Shown piece after piece: positions 10,082 through 21,062 of a stretch of DNA of 64,000 nt. The notes below the pieces were generated by a model, which was given only the letters and a program-made list of their open reading frames with translations, was not told where the DNA came from and ran no database searches. Both the position numbers and the translations under genes were made by a program. Every line of letters begins with the position of its first letter. Position 1 is the stretch's first letter. Origin of the DNA: a bacterium (GTDB lineage Bacteria > SZUA-182 > DTGQ01); NCBI GenBank assembly GCA_040752695.1, contig JBFMGO010000013.1, forward strand, positions 15,858-79,857, in the 5' to 3' direction.

Positions 10082-12217
10082 ATGAAATGCTTGTTATGGA
10101 GCCATAACGACACATTATGGGGTCATGGCTTTTTCATAGCTATATCTGCCGTTATGATTTTATTGCTGTCCGGATATATAACGCCGGCATGCCGGGCCGA
10201 CGACGGCGGCGGACAGGCAGAACCCCTCGACTTTACCTCGATGAGCCTGGAAGAGTTGAAGCAGGTTATGATCATCTCCATATTAAAAAAGCCGCAAAAT
10301 CTTTCCGATGCAACATCAGCGATTTCTGTCATAACCCAAGACGATATTCGCCGGTCCGGAGCCACGAACATCCCTGACCTGCTCAGATGCCTGCCCGGAA
10401 TCCAGGTGGCGCAGATCAATTCCAACACCTGGGCGGTAAGTGCACGCGGATTCAATCACCGTTTTTCCAACAAGCTGTTGATCCTTATGGATGGCAGATG
10501 TCTTTATACACCGCTTTTTTCCGGTGTTTACTGGAACGTCCAGGATACGGTCCTTGAGGATATCGAACGGATCGAAGTTATCCGGGGACCAGGCGCGACA
10601 TTGTGGGGGGCAAATGCTGTCAACGGCGTTATTAACATTATCACCAAAAAAGCCAGGGATACCCAAGGGGGACTGATCGTATCAGGCGCAGGCAATAAAG
10701 AGCTGGGATTTAATGCGTTCCGTTATGGTGCCAGATTGGCGGATAATGCTTATGGCAGAATTTACCTGAAATACTTTATGAGGGATGGCTTTGTAGATGA
10801 AGCCGGTAATCCCGGGAATGACGATTGGAATTTGCTCAAGGGTGGAGGGCGGCTTGACTGGTCTTTCTCAAGCAGTGATTCGCTTACGGTGCAGGGTGAT
10901 ATGTACAATGGCAAGAACGGCGAAAAGACGGCACGGTTTTTTCTGCCAGACATAACAGAAGAAAACATCAATATCGATAATACCTCTTCCGGTTTCAACC
11001 TGTTGAGCAAGTGGAAACATACCTTCTCTCGTTCCTCCGATATGGCCCTCCAGCTCTATTACGACAGGACAAAACAGGACAAAATCAATAGCGACAATAG
11101 CCGGCACAGAGAAAGTTTTGATGTTTTCGACCTGGATTTTCAGCACAACTTCAGCTTAAATACGCATCAGGAAATGATTTGGGGTTTTGGCTATCGCTTC
11201 ATAAGAGACCATTTTAATATACAAATAGTGCATAACAAAAACGATGAGCCACACTTTTTTCCCAAAAGCGACAGCCATGATACACACATTGTAAGCACTT
11301 TCCTTCAGGACAGCCTCTCCCTGATCAGAGACAGGCTCCAACTAACAGCAGGATCGAAGTTCGAGTATACTGAGTATAATGGATTTCAATTTCAACCCAG
11401 TATAAGAATACTCTACAAGATAACGAAAGATCAGAATATCTGGACTTCTGTTTCCCGTGCACTCAGGACCGAACCACGTTATGAGCACGATATAAAAACC
11501 CCTCCTCCTCCCGGCCCACCGCCTTCTGACACGGAGTCATCCGGCTCACCTCCTCCTGGTCCGGCGCCGGATTCTGTCATTCTCTTTCCGGAAGTGAGTA
11601 ATAATATCAAGCCCGAAGAACTTATCGCCTATGAACTTGGATACCGCATTCAGCCGGTAGACTTCTGTTCTTTTGACTCAGCGGTATTTTATAACGACTA
11701 TGATAACCTCATCATAGACAGCCCTGATTACCCTGGAAGGGCAGAGTCCTACGGCGTAGAACTGGCTGCAAACTGGGATGCATTAAAATGGTGGACTTTT
11801 CGTACTTCCTATACCTACTTACATATACATGTCAGCAGGGATAGGAACTTCATTAATCAGAATTTCTGGGATCCAAACGATGAATGCGTTATGGATTCTC
11901 CTGAAGCTTTTCTTGAAAAGACCAGCCCTCGTCATCAATGGATGCTTCGCTCTTCCATGGATCTGTCCCGGAATCTGGAGTTCGACCTGGACTTCAGGTA
12001 TGTTTCTAACCTGGGCGATTATATCAAAAGCTACCGGGAAATGGACGCCCGCCTTGGCTGGAGCCCGGTGAAAAACCTGGAATTATCCATCGTGGGACGG
12101 AACCTGCTTGACAACCACCACTCTGAATTCGTGTTCCTGGGATACCTGCCGAATTCATCGGGGGGTGACATGGAAGTAGAGCGAAGTATCTACGGGAAAA
12201 TAACATGTCGATTTTAA
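10082..12217 (+). CDS. TonB-dependent receptor
   Basis: Plug motifs (VITQDDIRRSGA, IERIEVIRGPGATLWGANAVNGVINIITK), beta-barrel, C-terminal Phe. Confidence 0.95.
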   Translation: MKCLLWSHNDTLWGHGFFIAISAVMILLLSGYITPACRADDGGGQAEPLDFTSMSLEELKQVMIISILKKPQNLSDATSAISVITQDDIRRSGATNIPDLLRCLPGIQVAQINSNTWAVSARGFNHRFSNKLLILMDGRCLYTPLFSGVYWNVQDTVLEDIERIEVIRGPGATLWGANAVNGVINIITKKARDTQGGLIVSGAGNKELGFNAFRYGARLADNAYGRIYLKYFMRDGFVDEAGNPGNDDWNLLKGGGRLDWSFSSSDSLTVQGDMYNGKNGEKTARFFLPDITEENINIDNTSSGFNLLSKWKHTFSRSSDMALQLYYDRTKQDKINSDNSRHRESFDVFDLDFQHNFSLNTHQEMIWGFGYRFIRDHFNIQIVHNKNDEPHFFPKSDSHDTHIVSTFLQDSLSLIRDRLQLTAGSKFEYTEYNGFQFQPSIRILYKITKDQNIWTSVSRALRTEPRYEHDIKTPPPPGPPPSDTESSGSPPPGPAPDSVILFPEVSNNIKPEELIAYELGYRIQPVDFCSFDSAVFYNDYDNLIIDSPDYPGRAESYGVELAANWDALKWWTFRTSYTYLHIHVSRDRNFINQNFWDPNDECVMDSPEAFLEKTSPRHQWMLRSSMDLSRNLEFDLDFRYVSNLGDYIKSYREMDARLGWSPVKNLELSIVGRNLLDNHHSEFVFLGYLPNSSGGDMEVERSIYGKITCRF

Positions 12218-12846
12218 TACGGGGATCCAGTCAAAAACTTCACCTGAAGGCATTGATAGCATTATGCGTCATCGTGGCCGTATGCACCGGCGGGTTTCCC
12301 CAGGTCCGTTCAGATGCCAGGGATCTATCGGGTCTGGAGTACCAGGTCAAAGCAGGTTTCATCTATAATTTTGCAAAGTTTACTGAATGGCCAAAGAACT
12401 TACCCTATGACAGCAACAGTTCTCTTATCCTTTCGGTCATCTCTAACAACGATGCCGTAAGCGATGCTTTTCTCGCCCTGAACGGTAAAATAGTGGGGGG
12501 CAAAAACATACAGGTAAAAATGTGCGTTACCGTAAGAGACTTGAAAGACTGCCATATCCTTTTCCTCGACTCAACAGACAGGAAATTCATACAGGAGGTT
12601 TTGAGAACCGTTAAGGACCGGCAGGTATTGACGGTGGGACACGGTCCAGGCTTCACTCAGGAAGGGGGAATCATCAATTTCTTTATTGAAGATGGAAAGC
12701 TCAGATTTGAAGTAAACCGGGATGCTGAAAAGCGTGCAGGAATAAAGCTGGGTTCACAAATCCTCAGGTCTGCTGAAATTATCACGGAAGGGAGTCCCTC
12801 CTCCCTCCTGGAAGAGATCGGGAGTGAGGGGAAGGAGCGTCAGTAG
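12205..12846 (+). CDS. YfiR family periplasmic protein (DUF4154)
   Basis: [19 protein letters not shown] and [26 protein letters not shown] motifs. Confidence 0.92.
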   Translation: MSILIRGSSQKLHLKALIALCVIVAVCTGGFPQVRSDARDLSGLEYQVKAGFIYNFAKFTEWPKNLPYDSNSSLILSVISNNDAVSDAFLALNGKIVGGKNIQVKMCVTVRDLKDCHILFLDSTDRKFIQEVLRTVKDRQVLTVGHGPGFTQEGGIINFFIEDGKLRFEVNRDAEKRAGIKLGSQILRSAEIITEGSPSSLLEEIGSEGKERQ

Positions 12847-12847
12847 C

Positions 12848-14920
12848 ATGTTCTCCTTAACAAGCATGTTTTCTTTCCGGAATATCTCTATTAAGCGCAA
12901 GCTCAACCTGATTATCATTCTCACCAGTTGGGTTACTCTGCTGGCTGCCTCGATAGCTTTCATGGCTAAAGACATTGTTACCTTTCGCCAGACACTGACC
13001 AACGATATCTCCAGTCTGGCGCAGGTTATCGGAACAAACAGCTCCGGCGCACTCGTTTTTGACGATCAGCACGCAGCAGAAGAAAACCTGTCAGCCTTAC
13101 ATGCCAAACCACATGTATTCTTCGCCTGCATTTACGACAAGAATGGTAAAGTATTTGCCACTTACTATCCTCGTAATCCTCACACCTCTCGTCAGGGCAT
13201 ACTGCCGCCAAAGCCGCAGAGAACAGGTCATTTCTTCGAAAACAATTACCTCTTTTTATTTCAGCAAATCTTCCTTGAAGAAGAGATGATCGGAACGATT
13301 TTCATCCAATATGACCTGGAGGAGATCAGCTCTCGAATGAAACAGTCTGGAGGTATCGTGGCCGGAATCATATCAGTGGCCTTTCTACTGGCTATGATGC
13401 TTTCATTTTTACTCCAGCGCATTATTTCCGAGCCGGTTTTAAACCTGGCACGGACAGCAAGGACTATTTCACAGCATAAAGACTATTCGATCAGGGCACA
13501 AAAGCACAGTCAAGACGAAATAGGGACTCTCATTGACGGATTTAACAAGATGCTGGCTGAAATCCAGGTTCGGGATAATGAACTGGAGCGTCATAAGGAA
13601 CACCTGGAAGAAGAGGTAGTCAAGCGCACAGCCGAGTTGGAAAGTCAGCGCAAGGAATTGCAGGATGCCTTAAGCCAGGCCGAACAACTGGCAATTAAGG
13701 CCGAAGCAGCCAACCGCGCCAAGAGCGAATTTCTGGCCAATATGAGCCATGAAATCCGCACGCCGCTGAACGCTATCCTCGGTTTTACGGATTTGCTCGA
13801 TTCTCTCATTGCTGATAAAAAGCAAAAAAACTATCTCGAAACAATCAAATCGAGCGGGAAGAGCTTGTTAACGTTAATTAATGACATACTCGACCTCTCT
13901 AAAATCGAAGCAGGTAAAATGGAGCTTCGGTATGAGCCTGTCAATCCCTATGCTATTTTTCATGAAATCAAGGATATCTTTTCCTTGAACATATCCCGGA
14001 AAGATCTTGCCTTTATCATGGACATTGCTCCTGATATTCCTGAAAGTCTCCTCCTGGATGATGTGCGCCTGAGACAAATCCTTTTTAATCTGGTGGGGAA
14101 TGCTGTAAAATTTACTGAAATGGGACAAATAAAACTCTCGGCCAGGGGAATTATGCAACAAAATGACCAAAATAGTATCGATTTAATGATAGCGGTAGAA
14201 GATACTGGAATCGGAATCGACCCCGAATCCCATGATAAAATATTCGAAGCATTCAAGCAGCAGGACGGTCAAGACAATAAGAGATATGGAGGGACCGGCC
14301 TGGGCCTGACCATCTCAAAACGGCTGGTTGAAATGATGGGGGGAACAATATCCGTTAAAAGCCAGGTAGCCAGGGGAAGTGTTTTTCAAATCATCCTGAA
14401 GAACGTACCGATCGCGACAACCGGCCGGAAGCATCAAACCGTTGAATGCTATCCGACCGGTGTAACCCATAAAGAAAAAGATAAAGCGTTTGACAGCGGT
14501 TATCTTCCCCTTGAAAAGGCAGGAGAAAGGGATGAGGGAAAAGAAACAACAGAGGAACCGGAAAAACTCCTGCCTGAAGTCCTGGCTAATTTCCCTGAAA
14601 TCATAAATAAACTGGAAAATGAACAGATGGAATCATGGACAGCAGCCCGTCAAAACGGGCTCTTCGACGACATTGCTCTTTTCGGCAATCAGATAAGAAA
14701 ATATGGTGATAAATATTCGATGAAGATTCTTCAACAATTCGGCGATGATCTAACCTTGCAAGTGAGCACTTTCGATATTGAAAAGATGATGGCCACCCTA
14801 AATTCCTATCCGGGATTGGTCGCCAAAATCAAATTATTATATCAGGAACAAAGTCAAGAACAGACTCAGGGACAAACTCAGGAACAAACTCGATTAAAAA
14901 CTCAAGGAGAAAAGCAATGA
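12848..14920 (+). CDS. Membrane sensor histidine kinase (YfiN-like periplasmic sensor, HAMP, HisKA, HATPase)
   Basis: Two TMs, HAMP ([14 protein letters not shown]), [27 protein letters not shown]; start could be 12824, 12848 or 12866. Confidence 0.93.
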   Translation: MFSLTSMFSFRNISIKRKLNLIIILTSWVTLLAASIAFMAKDIVTFRQTLTNDISSLAQVIGTNSSGALVFDDQHAAEENLSALHAKPHVFFACIYDKNGKVFATYYPRNPHTSRQGILPPKPQRTGHFFENNYLFLFQQIFLEEEMIGTIFIQYDLEEISSRMKQSGGIVAGIISVAFLLAMMLSFLLQRIISEPVLNLARTARTISQHKDYSIRAQKHSQDEIGTLIDGFNKMLAEIQVRDNELERHKEHLEEEVVKRTAELESQRKELQDALSQAEQLAIKAEAANRAKSEFLANMSHEIRTPLNAILGFTDLLDSLIADKKQKNYLETIKSSGKSLLTLINDILDLSKIEAGKMELRYEPVNPYAIFHEIKDIFSLNISRKDLAFIMDIAPDIPESLLLDDVRLRQILFNLVGNAVKFTEMGQIKLSARGIMQQNDQNSIDLMIAVEDTGIGIDPESHDKIFEAFKQQDGQDNKRYGGTGLGLTISKRLVEMMGGTISVKSQVARGSVFQIILKNVPIATTGRKHQTVECYPTGVTHKEKDKAFDSGYLPLEKAGERDEGKETTEEPEKLLPEVLANFPEIINKLENEQMESWTAARQNGLFDDIALFGNQIRKYGDKYSMKILQQFGDDLTLQVSTFDIEKMMATLNSYPGLVAKIKLLYQEQSQEQTQGQTQEQTRLKTQGEKQ

Positions 14921-16239
14921 TCAAGGATAACAAAATAAATTCCAGAATCTTGATCGTTGATGACGTTCCCCAGAATATCCAGGTACTGGCCAATATATTA
15001 AAGGAAGCAGGCTATCAGATGGGATTTGCCAAGGACGCCAAAACTGCCCTTGCTCATGTTGAATCTACGCAATTCGACTTGATTCTCCTTGATATCATGA
15101 TGCCGGAAGTCGATGGCTATGAAGTATGCAACCGTTTGAAAAAGGATCAAAGAAAGAAGGACATTCCGGTTATCTTTATTACAGCGAAGGGAGAAACAGC
15201 GGACAAGACCAGAGGGTTCGAACTCGGAGCAGTAGATTACATTACCAAACCCTTTGACGTTCAAGAGGTTCTGGCACGGGTCAAAACCCATTTAACCATA
15301 CGTAATTACGCAACAAAACTGGAGCAGATGGTTGAAGAACGAACCGGTCAGCTCATTCATGCAGATCGGCTGGCTACTCTGGGCACGTTTTCTGCCGCCA
15401 TCGTCCATGAAATAAATAATCCATTATCCCATATTATGGGGAATGCCAAGCTCTTAAAGCTCCTGTGGGACTCTTTACGGTCAACTATAGAAATGCATAT
15501 CGATAAAGATGACGCCGCTCAGGAGACTGAAGACGGAAACGCCATGAATGGGAATCTCATGAATGGGAACGCGATGGATGCGAATGCTATTGATAGGAAT
15601 GCTATGGATGGGAATGCGACAGGAAAAAATGCCATAGCTTGTAAGGAGGTAAATGATAAGGACTTGATTCACAAAGACATACATGGGGTGGATGAAGCAT
15701 TGAAAAGCCTTCTGAATGGCTGCTATCGCATATCCCGACTTGTACACAGCCTGAGAACATATTCCAGGCAGAACAATAATACCAGTACCCCGAAGGGCAA
15801 ATCCCTCCTGATCGATATCCTTCTCGACGCCCTCAGTGTCGTGGGTCATAAACTCAAGTTCAAGGGTGTAACCGTGGATGTGTCTGTTCCTCCGGAGTTA
15901 ACGATCTATTGCGATCAGCAAAAAATGTCGCAGGCCCTCATCAACCTTATCGATAACGCCTGTGATGCTGTTCAAGAGCGCAGCGGAGCGATCACGGTCA
16001 GTGCAACCTCCGTGAATGATCAGATCGATGTGAAGATCGCTGATAATGGCCCTGGCATACCCGATGAAATAGCTGATAAGATCTTTGATCCTTTTTTTAC
16101 CACGAAAAATAATAATGAAGGAACCGGACTCGGACTTTTTATCGTCAGGAATATTATTGAGGGACATCAGGGAAAGATTTCATTATCCCCTTTTGATGGA
16201 AAAGGGACCGAATTTCATATCGTCTTGCCTTCCACCTGA
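14917..16239 (+). CDS. Hybrid REC-histidine kinase
   Basis: N-terminal REC, HEINNPL H-box, [21 protein letters not shown] overlap with the upstream gene. Confidence 0.93.
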   Translation: MIKDNKINSRILIVDDVPQNIQVLANILKEAGYQMGFAKDAKTALAHVESTQFDLILLDIMMPEVDGYEVCNRLKKDQRKKDIPVIFITAKGETADKTRGFELGAVDYITKPFDVQEVLARVKTHLTIRNYATKLEQMVEERTGQLIHADRLATLGTFSAAIVHEINNPLSHIMGNAKLLKLLWDSLRSTIEMHIDKDDAAQETEDGNAMNGNLMNGNAMDANAIDRNAMDGNATGKNAIACKEVNDKDLIHKDIHGVDEALKSLLNGCYRISRLVHSLRTYSRQNNNTSTPKGKSLLIDILLDALSVVGHKLKFKGVTVDVSVPPELTIYCDQQKMSQALINLIDNACDAVQERSGAITVSATSVNDQIDVKIADNGPGIPDEIADKIFDPFFTTKNNNEGTGLGLFIVRNIIEGHQGKISLSPFDGKGTEFHIVLPST

Positions 16240-16326
16240 TCACACTGGGTGTGAGGACAATAGCCGACTGGCTGCGTATTGAGTGCGATGTTGACTCAGT
16301 GCGCCTCAAGGAGAGGCCCGCAATGG

Positions 16327-18996
16327 TCAATTTTTTTTTCTTCTTCCTGGCTCCATTATCTCTCTCAAAGTGAGAAGCAGGTCAGGCAGAGCATAAGGTT
16401 TTTGAAGAAATCGAAAACCCTTTTTTTTGATAACAGGCCATTGTGATTTATAGTCAGTATAGCCACTCATCAGGAGAATCTTCAGTTCAGGTTGGCGCAA
16501 AAGGAGCTTATCGACTAATTCGAGCCCGTTTTGATCGGGCAGCACCACATCACTGACTATCAGGTGAAACGTGCCTTTTTCCTGCTCAAAGATATCCAGT
16601 GCCTCCTGTGCAGTTGAAGCCTCGTTCACCCTATAGTGATTTTTTCGAAGCATTCTTACCGTCAATTTACGAACCTCTTCTTCATCTTCCACCACTAAAA
16701 TCCGCTCACCCTTACCCTGAAGATCCTTGAGAGAAATTTCCTCTTTTGTCTCCCTTTCTGTCATGGCCCTGAGAAGGGCGGGCAGGTAAATCTTAAATAC
16801 TGATCCTTTCCCCGGGCTGCTGAAAACATTGATCCAACCCTCATGCTGCCTGACAATGCCGTAGACCACCGATAAGCCAAGACCGGTCCCCCTTCCGGCC
16901 CCCTTGGTGGTGAAGAAGGGTTCAAAGATCCGTTCAGTGGTCTTCGCATCCATACCGCATCCCGTATCCGCAATTGCGATGCAGACAAACCGGCCAGGTC
17001 GTGCCTCGGAAATGCCTTGAGAATCATCTGCATTCAGGATTACGTTTTCCGTTTTTATCGTAAGCTGACCCCCTTGAGGCATTGCATCTCTGGCATTGAC
17101 CGCAAGATTCATAATAACCTGCTCGATGGTTCCCGCATCAGCCAGAATTGGCCAGATGTGAGGCGCAAATTCAACAGTGATGGTAATGTCCTCGCCAATG
17201 AGGCGATAGAGCATCTTGAGCAGATTATCGATAAGATCTCTCACATTAACGGAAGACGGCTCCATTGGCTGCTTGCGGCTGAAAAGGAGTAATTGCCGGG
17301 TAAGATTAGCTGCCCGGCCAGCCGCCTGCCTTACCTGGTTAAGATCCCTGGATGCAGGATCCGAGTCAGGTATACCCATCATTGCCAGAGTGGTATATCC
17401 CTGGATAGTGGTCAAAAGATTATTGAAATCATGGGCTATACCTCCAGCCAGGATGCCAATGGCTTCCATCTTTTGAGACTGAAGGAGTTGGGCCTGGATT
17501 TTGGCTTTCTCCTCCTCTGCCCGCTTACGCTCGGTAATATCGCGGATAACTAGCATATCAGCAGGTCGTTCGTTGTAACGGATGATAGCGGCTGATAATT
17601 CTACATTCTTTATCGTGCCATCCTTACACAGAAATTTTGTCTCATAGAAAGAAGGAACCTTTCTCCCTGAAAGGCGCATTTCGTACCTTTTGCCGACCAT
17701 GTCTCTGTCTTCAGGAGCGACAAGGTCCAAAAGAGATCTGCCGAGCAATTCTTCGGTTGTATAGCAGGTAATTTCTGCCATGGCCTTATTGACAAACTGA
17801 TAAATCTCATCCTGTACTACAGCCACCCCATCTTTAGCCCGCTCGACAAGCGTTGAATATTTCGCCTCCGATTCTTTCAATAATTCCTCGGCCAGCTTGC
17901 GCTCGGTGATATCACGGGCAATCCAGACAATCCCGGCTATATTTGCCTCCTCGTCTCGCAAAATGGAAGTCGAGAGGCTGGCTGGAATCTGGGCTCCGTC
18001 TTTTGCCCTGAGGGTAAGATAAAAATTCTTGAGTTCCCTTCCGTTCATCATTTCCCTTAAGTACCTGTTTTGCACCTGTTCCTGGGGGAGAAGAATAGTC
18101 AGTGGTTTGCCCTTGAGCTGATGTTCGGAATATCCCAGCACGTTGAGACATGCCTCATTGGCAAGTTGCATGGTTCCTTTCGGGTCCAGCAGAATAAAGC
18201 AGTCACTCATGGTGGAAATAATATTTTCGGCTGCCGTGACCAGGTTGACGGTAAAAAGTTTGTACTTGGCGATCGCATAGACCAGGCCAGCCGCCCAGAG
18301 CAGGATAAAATTAACCGCCATTGCCTGAACGACATGAATTCCTAACTGCGGAAGGAAAAAATCGGTCATCGCCCCAAAAGTGAAGGCGATAGCTTTCGTC
18401 GTCAGGATAATCGTGGCATTTTTTTTCTTGATTGCAGATTTCGTTTTACTGCGAAAATCAATCAGCAGGTAAAATGTCACTGCATTAGCTGAAAAAAAAT
18501 AAAAAGTAAAGAGGTCTGCCCATATTGAATGTGCCCAGACTATCGTCCAGCCGTAGCTCACCTTCAATACATCTTCTATAATTGCATGATAGTTCCACTG
18601 AAAATAAATGAATAAAAGAGGGAAAAAGAAGTTAACGATATAGAATATCTTTTTCTCTGCTATGGCTTCTCTTTCTGTAAAAATAAGATAAAACCAGGTG
18701 GTAAGACTGGTAAATCCTCCCGCAGAAAAGAAGCAAATGTCAATAAAAAACATTGCTACATCCTTGGGGATATAGTGATTATGGATGAATATAAAGCAAA
18801 AGCTCCAGAGGCCAAAACAGCCGATAACAGTCGAACTCACCCTGTTGAGCAAGGACCCTGGATTTTTTCCTAATACATAAATCGCCAGGGATATATAGAT
18901 GAGAAAACTGAGAATGTTAATAAGTGTCATTAAGACCATGACGTAACTCTTTAATCCATCAAAATGAACATAATTAGGAATCTCTATCACCGTCAT
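16327..18996 (-). CDS. Hybrid histidine kinase (7TM sensor, 2 PAS, HisKA, HATPase, REC)
   Basis: About 7 TM helices, two PAS domains ending RDITERK, AHDFNNLL, GTGLGL, C-terminal REC. Confidence 0.95.
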   Translation of the reverse strand: MTVIEIPNYVHFDGLKSYVMVLMTLINILSFLIYISLAIYVLGKNPGSLLNRVSSTVIGCFGLWSFCFIFIHNHYIPKDVAMFFIDICFFSAGGFTSLTTWFYLIFTEREAIAEKKIFYIVNFFFPLLFIYFQWNYHAIIEDVLKVSYGWTIVWAHSIWADLFTFYFFSANAVTFYLLIDFRSKTKSAIKKKNATIILTTKAIAFTFGAMTDFFLPQLGIHVVQAMAVNFILLWAAGLVYAIAKYKLFTVNLVTAAENIISTMSDCFILLDPKGTMQLANEACLNVLGYSEHQLKGKPLTILLPQEQVQNRYLREMMNGRELKNFYLTLRAKDGAQIPASLSTSILRDEEANIAGIVWIARDITERKLAEELLKESEAKYSTLVERAKDGVAVVQDEIYQFVNKAMAEITCYTTEELLGRSLLDLVAPEDRDMVGKRYEMRLSGRKVPSFYETKFLCKDGTIKNVELSAAIIRYNERPADMLVIRDITERKRAEEEKAKIQAQLLQSQKMEAIGILAGGIAHDFNNLLTTIQGYTTLAMMGIPDSDPASRDLNQVRQAAGRAANLTRQLLLFSRKQPMEPSSVNVRDLIDNLLKMLYRLIGEDITITVEFAPHIWPILADAGTIEQVIMNLAVNARDAMPQGGQLTIKTENVILNADDSQGISEARPGRFVCIAIADTGCGMDAKTTERIFEPFFTTKGAGRGTGLGLSVVYGIVRQHEGWINVFSSPGKGSVFKIYLPALLRAMTERETKEEISLKDLQGKGERILVVEDEEEVRKLTVRMLRKNHYRVNEASTAQEALDIFEQEKGTFHLIVSDVVLPDQNGLELVDKLLLRQPELKILLMSGYTDYKSQWPVIKKKGFRFLQKPYALPDLLLTLREIMEPGRRKKN

Positions 18997-19702
18997 GCAC
19001 AGGGCAAAGTATGAGCGCTATAAAATAATTATTAAATACTATTGTTCTATATACAGTGTATCATTGCCCAATCTTTTTATCATATCATAATTTTATGTTT
19101 TTATCAATCTCAAGGCATTAAAGTATCAGTAAAGTAAAACTTTTTACCTTTCCCCTCGGCTTTTCCATTCATCTTTCTCACTACCGGACACTTTTTATGA
19201 TCGATACGTAATCGATATATCGAGATAATCGATGTGGGCTAAAAACAGCCGTAATAATCTGCCCATTGATCTATCATTGATTTATCGAGCCGAATCCTCT
19301 CATTATCCTCTCATTGCATTTTGCTCCATTTAGCGATAAAATAGAGGCGAAAAAGGTTAAATCAAAATCAACAATAAGGCTAAATTATAATTATTTGGCT
19401 GCGGCAGCGTTCTTGCTTGATTATTGAATCTCGATGCCGCACTCCCTTAGGGCTTCAAGATTCAGGGGTATCGCTGTGCGCCGGTTCCACGCTTCGCTCG
19501 GAAAGACACCGCTCACCCGCTGACAACCCGTATCACTCAATACAGGGCGCGGGAGTTGCCCCGCGCCAGTTATCGGAATGAGACCAGGTGTCGAAAATCT
19601 CCCCCTGAATCCCCTTTACGAAAGAAGGATGGCCACAGGCAGGGATACCCCCCCGGCAGCTTCCCGCATGCTATACTAACAATCTCGTGAGGAGGACAAT
19701 GA

Positions 19703-20197
19703 ATGTCGGATAAACCATATGTCGGAATCGTGATGGGCAGTGATTCGGACCTACCCATCATGTCGGAGGCGGCCAAGATGCTGGATAAGTTTGGCGTGGA
19801 GTATAGGATCGATATCCTCTCCGCCCACAGGACCCCGCAGAAAACCGCTGAGTACGCCCAAAACGCAATTGATAAGGGAATCGGAGTTATTATCGCCGGT
19901 GCAGGAGGAGCGGCCCACCTGGCCGGGAACCTGGCTGCCTGGACCGTGCTGCCTGTCCTTGGGGTACCCATTGCATCCTCTTCATTGCAGGGACTGGATG
20001 CGCTTTTGGCAACAGTGCAGATGCCCGCAGGGGTGCCGGTAGCCACCCTGGCCATTGGAAAAGCAGGGGCAAAGAATGCGGCCATCCTGGCTGTTCAGAT
20101 ACTCTCGCTCCAGTTTCACGAATTGCGGCTGAAGCTGATCCATTTCAAAAAAGAAATGGAAGAGGAGATAGAGCAAAAGAATGCAGCGCTTTCATAA
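19703..20197 (+). CDS. purE: N5-CAIR mutase
   Basis: GIVMGSDSD, SAHRTP, IAGAGGAAHL, QMPAGVPVAT; GGAGG RBS. Confidence 0.98.
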   Translation: MSDKPYVGIVMGSDSDLPIMSEAAKMLDKFGVEYRIDILSAHRTPQKTAEYAQNAIDKGIGVIIAGAGGAAHLAGNLAAWTVLPVLGVPIASSSLQGLDALLATVQMPAGVPVATLAIGKAGAKNAAILAVQILSLQFHELRLKLIHFKKEMEEEIEQKNAALS

Positions 20198-21062
20198 TAA
20201 CTCCGCAGATAGCGCCTTTCATAATACCGCCGACCGTACCTTTGATAGTGCCTCCGATAACTCTCACTCTCATGGCATTTCTCCTGATGCTTCCCATGAT
20301 GTTTCTCCTGATGCTTCCCATGACGTTTCTGCTGATGCCTCCCATGATGTTCCTCACAATGATAATGCCTCTTTTAGAGCTTCTGCCCGTGCTGCCGGCA
20401 GTTTCTCCAGCCAGGTTATCGGGGTTGATTTTCGACATCCCGGCCAGCCGGAGGCCGGGGCTATTCAAAGGGCAGCGGAAGTGGTCAAAAGGGGCGGTCT
20501 TTTGATCTTTCCCACGGATACGGTCTATGGGTTGGGATGCAGTGCTTTTCATGAACCTGCCCTTGAGCGGATCTTCTCCCTGAAGGAGCGGCCTTTAGGA
20601 AAACCATTGCCTGTCCTGGTGAGCGGCCTTGAGCAACTGACCTGTCTGATTCGCGGTCCGGTTTCTCCTCTGGCCAAAAAAGTTATCCGGGAATTCTGGC
20701 CCGGAGCCCTGACTCTTATCTTCCCGGCCAGCGATCGAATCCCTGACCTGATTACCGCAGGGACTAAAACAATCGGGGTGCGGATGCCAGGGTGTCAATC
20801 GATCCTTGACCTGATCACCTTAACCCGGCTTCCCCTGGCTGCTACCAGCGTGAACATATCCGGAATGCCGGTGGTGCAGGAAATGAGCCGCCTGATAGCC
20901 GAATGGGCGCCGAAAGTCGATCTGATCCTGGTCGGAGGAACTGGGGGAATTGCCTCCACTGTCATTGATCTTACGGTACATCCACCGAAGCTGTTGAGAG
21001 AAGGAGCCATCAGTGCCAAAAAACTGCAACGATATCTCAGCCCCGACCCTGGCCCGGATTAA
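20181..21062 (+). CDS. tsaC: L-threonylcarbamoyladenylate synthase (YrdC/Sua5 family) with repetitive N-terminal extension
   Basis: FPTDTVYGLG, K.RP..KP, FWPGALT, TIGVRMP, ATSVNISG, STVID, LLREGAI. Confidence 0.92.
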   Translation: MQRFHNNSADSAFHNTADRTFDSASDNSHSHGISPDASHDVSPDASHDVSADASHDVPHNDNASFRASARAAGSFSSQVIGVDFRHPGQPEAGAIQRAAEVVKRGGLLIFPTDTVYGLGCSAFHEPALERIFSLKERPLGKPLPVLVSGLEQLTCLIRGPVSPLAKKVIREFWPGALTLIFPASDRIPDLITAGTKTIGVRMPGCQSILDLITLTRLPLAATSVNISGMPVVQEMSRLIAEWAPKVDLILVGGTGGIASTVIDLTVHPPKLLREGAISAKKLQRYLSPDPGPD

